Part shown: positions 38,334 through 47,282 of the stretch, piece after piece
Position numbering within the stretch: position 1 is the first letter of the stretch
How the letters are laid out: each line of letters opens with the position of its first letter
Virus record (IMG/VR): IMGVR_UViG_3300023174_000175
Span: 1-61,782 of that record
Length of the DNA stretch: 61,782 nucleotides
Source: a virus
Lineage: Duplodnaviria; Caudoviricetes
Reading direction: 5' to 3' (one strand)
Program-made: the position numbers and the translations under genes
Notes under the pieces: model-generated
The model's database searches: none
Told to the model about the DNA's origin: nothing
What the model saw: the letters and a program-made list of their open reading frames with translations, nothing else

Positions 38334-39314
38334 TTATCTCCTTGAAAAAGCCATCGAATAGGTGAGGCTACCAGTGCCCGATGCACTCGTAACTGATGCA
38401 CGAACATAACGATAAACAGTCGCTGAAGACGATGTTAAACGGTCTGCCGTAACAATTCCTGCAAGTTGTCCAGTAAAAGTGTCCAGCGTAACCCATGTAG
38501 CGTTATCGGTTGAATGCTCAACTCTAATAGTTGGTCTTACAGATAGTGTGTTTGCAGTCACATGAACATGTGCTACATAACCTCGTGAAGTGGCACCAAG
38601 GGTTGCACCATTGTCTAAAACTGTTCCGTTATTAACACCCGAAGCACCTGCAAGTGTTGTGGCACCCTGAAGAACATAACCAGCCTCAATGCCACCATCT
38701 GCCTGTAATTCAACAGAAACAGAAACCACATCAGAAACTGCCGATTTGATTTCGTAACTTTTCATTATGGTAGAAGCAAGCAAGCAACGAGTTCCTTGTG
38801 TTAAACCTTCTTGGCACACGGTAACAAAACGGTTGTCATCAGTGACAACACTGCCACCTGTCGAAGATGCTGTGGCAACTGTCGCTGTGGTAGTTAAACT
38901 AAAACTGGTTGTTGTTGGTGCAGGTGACACGGCAACCACACCAGTAACATTGTGAGTTGCCTGAGAAGTGTTACTTACCGTGATTCTTTGACCAGCAGTT
39001 AAAGCCCGTTCCATTGTGGGAACAGTAAAAGCAATAGTGACAGTTCCGTTGCTAGTACCTGAAGTAATGTTGCTGGCATTATCCGCAACTAAAGCACTAC
39101 GAAGAACTGGGTCATTCTCAGAACCTTCAAACAATCCACTTAAAGAAAAACCAGCATCTTCAATGCCTGTAATGTAAGTTTTTGCATCATTGCCAAAAGT
39201 TGTGGTTTCGTTGGTGTCAAGTGAATTGGAAACCCCAGCCGAATTCATGTATTGCGACAAATTATTGGCATCAAACAAAATAGCCGTTTTGCGACCATGA
39301 CGGAAAGTTGGCAT
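38334..39314 (-). CDS. Tail tube-like protein (long paralog with insertion and extension)
   Basis: MPTFRHG...KTYITGIED...YEIKSAVSDVV. Confidence 0.8.
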   Translation of the reverse strand: MPTFRHGRKTAILFDANNLSQYMNSAGVSNSLDTNETTTFGNDAKTYITGIEDAGFSLSGLFEGSENDPVLRSALVADNASNITSGTSNGTVTIAFTVPTMERALTAGQRITVSNTSQATHNVTGVVAVSPAPTTTSFSLTTTATVATASSTGGSVVTDDNRFVTVCQEGLTQGTRCLLASTIMKSYEIKSAVSDVVSVSVELQADGGIEAGYVLQGATTLAGASGVNNGTVLDNGATLGATSRGYVAHVHVTANTLSVRPTIRVEHSTDNATWVTLDTFTGQLAGIVTADRLTSSSATVYRYVRASVTSASGTGSLTYSMAFSRR

Positions 39315-39553
39315 TATTCTGATACCTCTTCATCAATAATGGGTTCATCAATAATGGTTTCTTCTGTAACTTCAGGAATTTCAACTGCTACAGGTTTTTT
39401 AGAAGATTTTGAATCATCAGCAAGTTCAATGTGACCATCTTCCAATAACCATTTGACTGATTTTGTTGGTAAATCATCAACAATGTCACCAGCATAAACC
39501 TGATTGTTGGGTGGATAACTAATTAAAGCGTTAAGTATCCGATACTTAGGCAT
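39314..39553 (-). CDS. Small structural-module protein
   Basis: GDIVDDLP.KSVKWLL..G.IE. Confidence 0.75.
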   Translation of the reverse strand: MPKYRILNALISYPPNNQVYAGDIVDDLPTKSVKWLLEDGHIELADDSKSSKKPVAVEIPEVTEETIIDEPIIDEEVSE

Positions 39554-39604
39554 TTCCAGTCCCGTCTAATAGGCAAGGCGAAATCCCTGCCATAAGACCA
39601 CCAA

Positions 39605-39637
39605 GGGCACGATAACGGCTGGGGACACCTTGGTCAC
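39605..39637 (-). promoter_or_regulatory. Cluster of three GTGNCC hexamers in the tail-operon leader (candidate Com sites)
   Basis: GTGACC 39637-32, GTGTCC 39628-23, GTGCCC 39610-05. Confidence 0.5.
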
Positions 39638-39697
39638 TTCGTTACCACATAGCATACATTTTTGGCGTGACACGCCGACATGAAACACGCCGACATA

Positions 39698-39744
39698 GAA
39701 ATGCCGAGTTGTTCCGAAAGCAAGAACAGAACAACTCGGCATTT
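39698..39744. repeat. 16-bp perfect inverted repeat
   Basis: AAATGCCGAGTTGTTC...GAACAACTCGGCATTT. Confidence 0.85.
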
Positions 39745-39795
39745 GTGTTAAGGAAGGACGAGTTCTCTCAACAAGGCAATAACCTGTTACAAACC

Positions 39796-40392
39796 TTAAC
39801 TCAATGCTGAATGCAAGTCAACTTGATTCTTAATCCAAGTTTTAATTTCTTGTGCATCTTCAGCCTTGGTCAAATAAGTTGTAGCAGTTGAAAACACATT
39901 GCTGGTTGGTTCAAACAACACATACAAAGGCTTTGGGGGCAATGTGTAGCCCTTAGACAGCCTGTTAAGGAAAGTGTGGCTAGATTGCTTGTGAGGCACA
40001 TCAGAATAATCGCCCGTCATCCAGCCCGATTCCAACTCAACCACTCCAGTCATGTTTTTAGTGGTGTCAAAATAGCCACGCCAAGCATCTGACCGAACCC
40101 AATTACGACCTTTGAACTCATTGTTAAACAAATCCAAAAACCATTGTGGGGCTTCAGAATCATAAATTTCTTCAATGGTTCCCGAATAACAAGTATGCTC
40201 ACCAAAAATTACTTGCTCAGGGGTTTCGTTTACCACTCCAGAAAAGCGAGTAATTGTTGACGCATTTTCAGAATCTGAGTTGTAGCAAGATTCACAAAGA
40301 GTTTTGCCCGACAGTGAACCATACTGAGCGTAATCCTCAGCATTTTCAATCACTTCTTTACACGATTCGCACTTGATAATTGTTTCTGTCAT
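39796..40392 (-). CDS. Hypothetical protein with N-terminal zinc finger
   Basis: CESC..CESC; WVRSDAWRGY; TSNVFS. Confidence 0.75.
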   Translation of the reverse strand: MTETIIKCESCKEVIENAEDYAQYGSLSGKTLCESCYNSDSENASTITRFSGVVNETPEQVIFGEHTCYSGTIEEIYDSEAPQWFLDLFNNEFKGRNWVRSDAWRGYFDTTKNMTGVVELESGWMTGDYSDVPHKQSSHTFLNRLSKGYTLPPKPLYVLFEPTSNVFSTATTYLTKAEDAQEIKTWIKNQVDLHSALS

Positions 40393-40417
40393 TTTGCCCT
40401 CCCTAGGCTGTTTGTTA

Positions 40418-41662
40418 TTAAAGTTGCCATTCCGTATTAGCCAATGCTAATTTCTCAGCCTTGGTCAACTTTGGCTTAACCTCTGAGCATCGCGTCAACA
40501 AGGTTGAGTTGGCATCTTTGTAAGTATCAAAGCCCTTGACCGTTCCCTTCAAGTTGACCGTGCTACCAATTTCAGCATCAAATCCACCCGTTGAGAACCA
40601 TTTGAATCGGGCACCCTCAGCGATAAAAGTGAAAATCTGAACCCAGCCATAGGCACCGTCAAAACCGTGAACATCAACCACCTTGGCTTGGTTCAACACC
40701 ACCTTGGTTCCAGTTTCAGCAAACTGAGTTTGGATGGTGACTTCACCTTCGATTTCCAAACGCTTCTCGGCTTCAGCCTTGGCTTTGATTTCTTCCAACT
40801 CAACTTTTTTCAAAACTGGGATGATTGAGATAATCAAGCCAACCAACGATGGAAACGCAAATTCACTTTCCAAGGCAACTTTCAAGTTGTCGTAGTAACT
40901 ACCTGATTTGTCGGCTACAAACTTACGACCCTTAACAATCAACTCTTCTGCTTGAGCCTTGTATTTGCCAGATTCAATTGAGTACGAAGCCCGAATGTAA
41001 GGCGAAGGATAATTTGGGGTTTTGGCATCTTCTTTACAAATGAAATCAAAAGTCAAAACTTTATCTTTAGTGGCACCCAACTTGCTGGATGGGATGTAGC
41101 CACCGTCAATCTCGTTGATGATTGCCAACGCGGTTTCCAAAACCGAAACAGTGGTTGCTGGACGCTCATACCCACTACTGTAACCACGGAATGATTCTTC
41201 CAAATCTTTTTCCGAATCAATGAAAGTTGGACTGAAAGCCCAGCCCAAGAAATCTTTGGTACAAGTAGAGCCAACAACTTTTCGTTCACCTTCAGCGTTT
41301 TCAACTACAACTTGATAGTTACGCTTACGATTAGTTCCACAGTGGTCACATGCGTTCTGCTTGACCAATGAACGGTCAATCTCGGCACCTTCATAGTTCG
41401 GTGAAGATTTGGTGATGAACAACTCGGTTTCTGGAACCCATTCGATGACACCAACAAAAGTCCAGCCACCAATTTCGTAAGGTGTGCCAGTTACAGCAAT
41501 TTCGTAATAAACGGCTTCGTTTTCAGGATTTACTTTTTTGATAAGTTCAACTGAATAGCCACCGTTCAAGCCTTTTTTGTTGGCTCGCTTAACTAATTTT
41601 TGTGCTTTTTCTAGAGATGCTTGGGCTGATAACGGGTCAACCACCCAACTGTAATTTTCCAT
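40418..41662 (-). CDS. Hypothetical protein (CDHC..R.R..VGSTC.KDF; C-terminal OB-fold-like)
   Basis: 414-aa ORF with its own promoter cassette. Confidence 0.8.
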   Translation of the reverse strand: MENYSWVVDPLSAQASLEKAQKLVKRANKKGLNGGYSVELIKKVNPENEAVYYEIAVTGTPYEIGGWTFVGVIEWVPETELFITKSSPNYEGAEIDRSLVKQNACDHCGTNRKRNYQVVVENAEGERKVVGSTCTKDFLGWAFSPTFIDSEKDLEESFRGYSSGYERPATTVSVLETALAIINEIDGGYIPSSKLGATKDKVLTFDFICKEDAKTPNYPSPYIRASYSIESGKYKAQAEELIVKGRKFVADKSGSYYDNLKVALESEFAFPSLVGLIISIIPVLKKVELEEIKAKAEAEKRLEIEGEVTIQTQFAETGTKVVLNQAKVVDVHGFDGAYGWVQIFTFIAEGARFKWFSTGGFDAEIGSTVNLKGTVKGFDTYKDANSTLLTRCSEVKPKLTKAEKLALANTEWQL

Positions 41663-41669
41663 TTATGCT

Positions 41670-41712
41670 CCTCGTCCTTACACTTTAAGTATAACACACT
41701 TTGGGTTTAGTT
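41670..41712 (-). promoter_or_regulatory. Repeated promoter cassette
   Basis: AACTAAACCCAAAGTGTGTTATACTTAAAGTGTAAGGACGAGG. Confidence 0.8.
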
Positions 41713-41717
41713 CCAAC

Positions 41718-41906
41718 TTAGCGATAACCAGCGTCATGAAGTGCTTTGAAAATTAATGCCACATCTTTTTGGGCTTTTTCGTATCGGGCTGGTTCTGCAA
41801 CTGGGTCAAATACATAAGATTCATACGCTTGAAGCACCGAATCAAGTTTTGCTATTTGCTCCGCATTGAACTCAACGGTAATTGTGGTACCAATTTGGAT
41901 TCCCAT
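41718..41906 (-). CDS. Hypothetical protein
   Basis: AAGGAC RBS; promoter cassette upstream. Confidence 0.7.
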   Translation of the reverse strand: MGIQIGTTITVEFNAEQIAKLDSVLQAYESYVFDPVAEPARYEKAQKDVALIFKALHDAGYR

Positions 41907-41920
41907 AAGTGTCCTTTCTC

Positions 41921-41960
41921 GTCCTGACACTTCAACTGTATCACACTTCTGGTTTAGTTT
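41921..41960 (-). promoter_or_regulatory. Repeated promoter cassette
   Basis: AAACTAAACCAGAAGTGTGATACAGTTGAAGTGTCAGGAC. Confidence 0.75.
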
Positions 41961-42246
41961 TTACCATTTCGCGTTCAGCCCGTTCCTCACGAACCATAGC
42001 CAAAGTCAAAAAATAACCAATCCCATCAATGATGGTGTCAGGTTTAGACTTGTGAACCTCACGAGCAATCTTCACCCCAATCATGCACAAAGCAACCTGT
42101 TCAGCACTCACAGGCACACCAAGAATGGACTCCCAAATCAACCCAGCACGAGAAAAATCGTCCAACGGATGACCGTACTCATCATTCCTATCGCCACTCA
42201 CTAAACTCGCCGCATAAGACGCAATGTCAGCAGGATGTTGCATCAC
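41941..42246 (-). CDS. DUF6378-like protein
   Basis: GDR..EYGHP..DF....W...VALCMI..KIAR...D..GY. Confidence 0.8.
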   Translation of the reverse strand: MMQHPADIASYAASLVSGDRNDEYGHPLDDFSRAGLIWESILGVPVSAEQVALCMIGVKIAREVHKSKPDTIIDGIGYFLTLAMVREERAEREMVKTKPEV

Positions 42247-43439
42247 AAAACCTCCAAATCTGCTACCCGTTTATCAGGATAAACCGCAAAAGTCAGAATA
42301 CCAGCCTGAGAATGCTCACCAGACACCAAACGCCACCACTCGGAACCCGAATCCAACGCAGGAGCCTGTAACCACATGCACCCACCCCAATCAGCCTGAC
42401 GCAAATGATGATAATGACCCGTGACAAGAATGTCAGAATTGCCAATGTTATGTTTACCACCAGCCATTTTGTTAAACCAGCCATGCAACTTGGCTTCAGC
42501 CGTACCACCAGAACGAGCCACATGTCCATGAGTCAAACCAAGAATCCAACCAGCAATCTCAACCGTGATAGTTAAATGGTCTTTAGGCAAAACGAACTCA
42601 ACATGTCCATAAGCCTCTTTATTGGAAGCAAGAATTTCAGCAACTTGTTCCACAACAGCCAAATCATCATTGTCGCCAAAAGTGGTGTAAGCCTTACCTG
42701 AACCGCCACGATTTTCCCCATGATTACCGCCAACAGCAACCACAACAACTTTGTCAAAAATTTTTGACCATCTAATAATTGAATCACGCAACAAACGGCG
42801 AGTTAATTTAACTTGGTCACGCCTATCCAACTCAACACCAAAAGTTTGCATTGCATAAAACCCAACACAACCCTCAACGCTATCCCCAGGCCAAAGAATA
42901 AACAGAGTTCCAAGCGAGCGACCAATTTTACGCAATTCCCGAACTCGCGTTTCAACATCGTCAATGCCTTTTAAAACTCTTTTGACAGTTTCATCAGTAC
43001 CTTCTTTACCAATCTGCCAATCAGCCAACACCACACAAAAAGCACCATCACCAACAGGAACTTTTTTAGATGGTTTATGTTTCTTAATTTCATCAACTAA
43101 TTCGCTAACATCTAATTGCTCAGAACCCTGAACACGGCGAATAATTTTGGCTTTCCACTGCCTAAACAACTGGGGTCCATCAGCCGTAGCCCCATGCCAA
43201 GCGTTAAAAAGAACAGGTTCAACAACTTGGTATTCATCAGGATTCAACTCAAACACAGACAACACAGCAGACCACTCAGGAGGGTCAGTACCAGCAATAG
43301 CATCTGTGGTTACAGTTCCGCTATTACCGTCCCAGACTGCTCCTGAACGCCATTCAGCATCTTTTTTACGGGTAGGCTCCATTGTTTTGCCAGCCTCAAC
43401 TGGTTCCAACAATTGCTGAATTTCATCATCAAGGTTCAC
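42243..43439 (-). CDS. Calcineurin-like metallophosphoesterase
   Basis: DWQIG, GD..EG, GNHGE, THGH, GHYHH. Confidence 0.88.
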   Translation of the reverse strand: MNLDDEIQQLLEPVEAGKTMEPTRKKDAEWRSGAVWDGNSGTVTTDAIAGTDPPEWSAVLSVFELNPDEYQVVEPVLFNAWHGATADGPQLFRQWKAKIIRRVQGSEQLDVSELVDEIKKHKPSKKVPVGDGAFCVVLADWQIGKEGTDETVKRVLKGIDDVETRVRELRKIGRSLGTLFILWPGDSVEGCVGFYAMQTFGVELDRRDQVKLTRRLLRDSIIRWSKIFDKVVVVAVGGNHGENRGGSGKAYTTFGDNDDLAVVEQVAEILASNKEAYGHVEFVLPKDHLTITVEIAGWILGLTHGHVARSGGTAEAKLHGWFNKMAGGKHNIGNSDILVTGHYHHLRQADWGGCMWLQAPALDSGSEWWRLVSGEHSQAGILTFAVYPDKRVADLEVL

Positions 43440-43670
43440 TTAGGGCACCTGCACCCAGACCCAAAAAGTCGTTTCCTGTGACGCAAAATACTTGAATAAC
43501 TGATAGCAAAGCCATAACGGTTTAACAAATCAGCAATTTTAGTTGCATGAATGCTGGGATTATCAAAAACTTTTTTTAATTGTGGAATTTGAGCATCATC
43601 AACCTGACTAAGAATCCACGCAACCTTGCATTGACTGGAGCCACGAGCATTCTCGTCCAATGAACTCAAA
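43436..43670 (-). CDS. Small HTH-like protein (start uncertain)
   Basis: C.VA.IL...IADLL...SILRHR..CRC; typical neighbour of the phosphoesterase. Confidence 0.6.
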
Positions 43671-43679
43671 TCGTCATCA

Positions 43680-43829
43680 CTAAGCGTTATTTTCGGCTTT
43701 GCATCTTGAACACCTGATACTCCAAGGTCGGGTGACTTTAAGAGCAAGGATTCTGTTGCAACGCCAACACCTTGGGAGTTCGTCTGTTTGCGTGTTCCTG
43801 CCATAAGCGTCTGGTTTCCCTTCGGTCAC
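43680..43829 (-). CDS. Mu Com-like zinc-finger protein
   Basis: RCWRCNRILA...IRCSRCKAEN; GTG start overlapping the upstream TGA. Confidence 0.75.
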   Translation of the reverse strand: MTEGKPDAYGRNTQTDELPRCWRCNRILALKVTRPWSIRCSRCKAENNA

Positions 43830-44059
43830 TGTTGTGGCTCCCATTGCAAATCGCAATCTAGACACAAGGACACTTTTCTTTCACCCATCATTTCAAAATT
43901 TTGAACTGAATTATGGGAACAAGCACCTTCGGGCGTGTCGTTATTTGCAACTTCAGTGGTGTTTTCAACCACCGCACTCACTAAAGCAAGCCTAATTGCT
44001 TGCAATTGCATAATCGCCGAATCTATGGACTTGATACAAGCCAACTCTTTCGGGGTCAT
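43826..44059 (-). CDS. Hypothetical protein
   Basis: ATGA coupling; CSH..CLDC. Confidence 0.6.
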   Translation of the reverse strand: MTPKELACIKSIDSAIMQLQAIRLALVSAVVENTTEVANNDTPEGACSHNSVQNFEMMGERKVSLCLDCDLQWEPQQ

Positions 44060-44451
44060 GATTGAATAATACACCTAAAATTGGCACTAACATGAGGTCG
44101 GTCATTCGTGTCATCACCCATAGGCAACACAGAGCCAACAGGAGCAATCCTAAGCACCGTAATACCAGACAAGGTGGTATTGGCTACCTGAGCCAACAAA
44201 AGACGAATAGACTGTGCTGTATCCCTTGCAGTGGGATAATCTTCAATCCCAGCCCGAACAATGACTTGAATAGCAGGATTGTCTAACAAAACAGTTCCCA
44301 TAGTGAAATCAGGGGAACCGCCCTCATTTTCATAAACACCAATACACACATCGGGCTTATTAGGCATCTTTCCTAAAAAAATGTTGGTACCCAAAGTTCC
44401 ATAACCCTGAGCAACCAAATAATCGCCAACAGCCTCAAGAATCGTACTCAT
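44056..44451 (-). CDS. Tail terminator (minor_capsid_3-like) protein
   Basis: IFLGKMP..PD, PAIQVIVR, D.NDR....NF. Confidence 0.8.
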   Translation of the reverse strand: MSTILEAVGDYLVAQGYGTLGTNIFLGKMPNKPDVCIGVYENEGGSPDFTMGTVLLDNPAIQVIVRAGIEDYPTARDTAQSIRLLLAQVANTTLSGITVLRIAPVGSVLPMGDDTNDRPHVSANFRCIIQS

Positions 44452-44852
44452 TATCTAGCCCACAATCTACGCAACATGTCATTCATACGAAGAGCAATGT
44501 TTTTTTGCAAAAACTTAGAACGCTCATTAACAGGACGCTCCAAATACTTACGCTGAGTTGGCTCCGTATGCTTAGAAAACGATTCATGAACCCACATCGC
44601 ATAACTGGCCGCAGGTCCACCATAACCAATGTCCTGATAACTTACAGCACCAGAACGCTTAACTGAAGTTACATAACCAGAACCCTTCAAAACACCCGTA
44701 GCAACTGGCACCAGCATTTGTGAACGAGCAAAAATTACAGCCGATTCCTCAGCCAAAGCCATTTCAAAAATGTCCGTCAAATAAGGAGGGGAAGTTTTAA
44801 GAGCAAATTTCAACTCATCCAACCCATCCCATTCAATGCCAACTCTAGCCAC
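44451..44852 (-). CDS. HK97 gp10-like neck protein
   Basis: VPVATGVLKGS, YAMWVHE, KYLERP. Confidence 0.82.
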   Translation of the reverse strand: MARVGIEWDGLDELKFALKTSPPYLTDIFEMALAEESAVIFARSQMLVPVATGVLKGSGYVTSVKRSGAVSYQDIGYGGPAASYAMWVHESFSKHTEPTQRKYLERPVNERSKFLQKNIALRMNDMLRRLWAR

Positions 44853-44854
44853 AA

Positions 44855-45184
44855 CTACCGTCCAAACCTGATAACCGCATGATGATACACAGCAGTTTCA
44901 TCCGAAATAACCGAAACAGAAACAATCGGAGGAGTTGAACCATCAGGCAACAGCAACTTAGAATCCACGGTTACGGTAGATACATCATCAGCCGTAATAA
45001 TGCGACCAGACGACAACACATCACGCCCATCATTATTTTTATTTAACTGCGTATCGTAAATAAGACGGCATTTAAACTTTGTACCCGAACCCTTAGAACG
45101 CTTACCGTAAGAATCCGTAGTTGTATAAGGATAAATGGTTACAGAATCAACCATCAACTCAACAAGTTCAGCATCAATAGCCAT
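44855..45184 (-). CDS. Head closure protein
   Basis: DSYG, LPDG; position in the neck module. Confidence 0.7.
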   Translation of the reverse strand: MAIDAELVELMVDSVTIYPYTTTDSYGKRSKGSGTKFKCRLIYDTQLNKNNDGRDVLSSGRIITADDVSTVTVDSKLLLPDGSTPPIVSVSVISDETAVYHHAVIRFGR

Positions 45185-45606
45185 TAGAACGACCTGTTAT
45201 CAGTCATGCCCTCAAAGAAATCAGTCCTACGAGGTGAACTAAAATCACGGTCAGAAGTGGCAAGCAAATTATTACGAGCAACAACAGGAGTAGCAGGAAA
45301 CAACCTAGCCCTTTGCTCCGCCAACTCATCAGACAATTTAGTGTATTCATCAGCCTTAGCAGTGTAAGACTTAGAAATCGTTAAATCGCCAACAGTACGA
45401 GTGATGTGGTCAGCCTGACGAGTGAACTTGGCCGCTATACGCTCCGCACAAGCCCTACCAGCCTCATACACATTGCCCCAAGTAGTCAGCATGTAAGTGT
45501 ACTCTTCGTCTGACATAAGCACATCAGTGCTGTCAGTATCCCAAAGCAAAAAACGAATCAAATCCAAATCAGAATTTGCTGGGTCGCCAGTATAAGTAAA
45601 AGACAT
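45184..45606 (-). CDS. Head-tail adaptor protein
   Basis: IRFLL.DTD..D.LMSDEE, VGDLTIS. Confidence 0.75.
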   Translation of the reverse strand: MSFTYTGDPANSDLDLIRFLLWDTDSTDVLMSDEEYTYMLTTWGNVYEAGRACAERIAAKFTRQADHITRTVGDLTISKSYTAKADEYTKLSDELAEQRARLFPATPVVARNNLLATSDRDFSSPRRTDFFEGMTDNRSF

Positions 45607-45622
45607 AAAGACTCCTTAAAGT

Positions 45623-45647
45623 AAAAGAGCGACCCTTTCAGGTCGCT
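45623..45647 (-). terminator. Intrinsic terminator after the capsid genes
   Basis: AGCGACC-TGAAAG-GGTCGCT-CTTTT. Confidence 0.75.
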
Positions 45648-45651
45648 ACTT

Positions 45652-45891
45652 CTACTCTACATCTGTAGTAGGTTTAGCAACTTTTTTTGTTGCCGTAGTT
45701 TTTTTAGGCTCTTCAGCCTTGGCTTCTTGAGGTTCATTCTGCCCCTGTTTGACAAGGAAGGAACTCAAGTACCTAGTAGCCACTAATTTGTGAGCATGTT
45801 TCCATGTTGACACCTCAGCGATGTCGCCACTTTGGTAACGAGTTCCGTTCCCGTCAAACGGACGCAGTACCTCGCGGTACTGCTTAGTCAT
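45652..45891 (-). CDS. Small protein after the major capsid gene
   Basis: ORF with a K/T-rich tail. Confidence 0.7.
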   Translation of the reverse strand: MTKQYREVLRPFDGNGTRYQSGDIAEVSTWKHAHKLVATRYLSSFLVKQGQNEPQEAKAEEPKKTTATKKVAKPTTDVE

Positions 45892-45892
45892 G

Positions 45893-46870
45893 TTATGCAA
45901 CCACCGAAGCGAAATAAACGCCTAGGTCAGAGCCGACAATCTTGTTATCGAACGCCATTTCAGCCTCAACACGAGTAGCCTTGATGCTTTCCATACGGAA
46001 CTGTGAAGTACCAATGCTCTGACCAAGACCGCCTGAAACACCATTCCAAGCGAAGGTGTAACCAGCAGAAGGAGTCAAGAGGCCTGGGTTTGGAGCAACA
46101 TGGCAAAGAAGAGCAGACTTGCCAACATTAAACGAGTAAGCACCAGTAGCACCTTCGTTGTTAGTTGCCTTTACTGACTTAGCAACAAGCACACGGTCAA
46201 CGCCAAACATACGAGCAATCATGTCTTCGGTGATGACATTTGAAGAGGTGTACTTGATACGGTCAACCAAATCAGGGTGATTTTTCAACTTACGGAATAC
46301 CTGATAGCCAAGAACAAGAGTATTAGCCTCAAAACCAGTGGTTGAAAGAATGGTTTCTTTTGCAAGTTCCATGTCTTCCAATGGGTCAGAGTTATCAAAA
46401 TTGCTCCACTGCTTGAATTCATTAGTAGAAGGTGTACCAGAAACACCAGTTAGGTCAGTACCCCAAACACCAGTCTTAATGAAGTCAGAAACAAACTGAA
46501 TTTCCTTACGAAGAAGCATACGGTTTGTTACAAACTCGGCCGCTTCACGAAGCGGTGACAAAGGTGCATCAGAGTTAGCGATGGTCTGGTCGCCAACATC
46601 CTTGTGGAATGCAAATACTTCTGCACTGTAAGTATCAGTGTTAAGGCTGTAGCCCGAACCTGCTGACTCAGTAGCATCTGCACGGCGTTGTGCCTCATCG
46701 CGGAACCAATCGTTCTTGGTGTAGGTGAAGAACTTGTTGCTCTTCTTATCTACAGGAACAACAGGGAAAACCTTGTCGGCAATGTAGTTCTCAGCCTTTT
46801 GCATGTAAGCAACTGAGATGTTAGTGAGAATAGCGTCAATGTGAACGCTATTAATGGATGGCTGTGGCAT
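45893..46870 (-). CDS. Major capsid protein (lambda gpE-like family)
   Basis: HIDAILTNISVAY, IADKVFP, PSAGYTF. Confidence 0.92.
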   Translation of the reverse strand: MPQPSINSVHIDAILTNISVAYMQKAENYIADKVFPVVPVDKKSNKFFTYTKNDWFRDEAQRRADATESAGSGYSLNTDTYSAEVFAFHKDVGDQTIANSDAPLSPLREAAEFVTNRMLLRKEIQFVSDFIKTGVWGTDLTGVSGTPSTNEFKQWSNFDNSDPLEDMELAKETILSTTGFEANTLVLGYQVFRKLKNHPDLVDRIKYTSSNVITEDMIARMFGVDRVLVAKSVKATNNEGATGAYSFNVGKSALLCHVAPNPGLLTPSAGYTFAWNGVSGGLGQSIGTSQFRMESIKATRVEAEMAFDNKIVGSDLGVYFASVVA

Positions 46871-46883
46871 TAGTTAACTCCTC

Positions 46884-47276
46884 TTAGTTAGCCCGTGTAG
46901 CGTTGGCACAATTGACAACGGCTGTAACAACATTTCCGTCTGCTCCAGAAGCAGAAATCAATGAACCGACAACATACTTTGTGGTATCAGTAGTTGCAAG
47001 AGCAACTGCTTTACCTGTAGCACCAGTGCCAATTGCACTTGGTAGAGTAATCGCCGCACCAGCAACGATTTTGGTTCCACCAACAATTAGAACTTCTGCT
47101 TCCTGACCTGAAAGTGGAGCATTCTGAAGAACGCCAACAGGTACATCTGTAGCGGCCGCAATAGCAATTGCCTGACCACTGGAGTTCAACTTAACAAAGT
47201 TGTACTGTAAAGCGGAAAGGTCTGCACCTGCAACAAGTGTTATCTTTACGCTGTAATTACTGAATTCGTATGCCAT
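46884..47276 (-). CDS. Capsid decoration/cement protein (DUF2190-like)
   Basis: AGADLS..QY.FVK, GVLQNAP..G; upstream of the MCP. Confidence 0.8.
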   Translation of the reverse strand: MAYEFSNYSVKITLVAGADLSALQYNFVKLNSSGQAIAIAAATDVPVGVLQNAPLSGQEAEVLIVGGTKIVAGAAITLPSAIGTGATGKAVALATTDTTKYVVGSLISASGADGNVVTAVVNCANATRAN

Positions 47277-47282
47277 GGTTAA

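Noticed and set aside
43671-43804. N-terminal half of the 122-aa ORF 43436-43804
   Set aside because: It overlaps the better-supported Com-like gene in another frame; the real start is probably near 43670.
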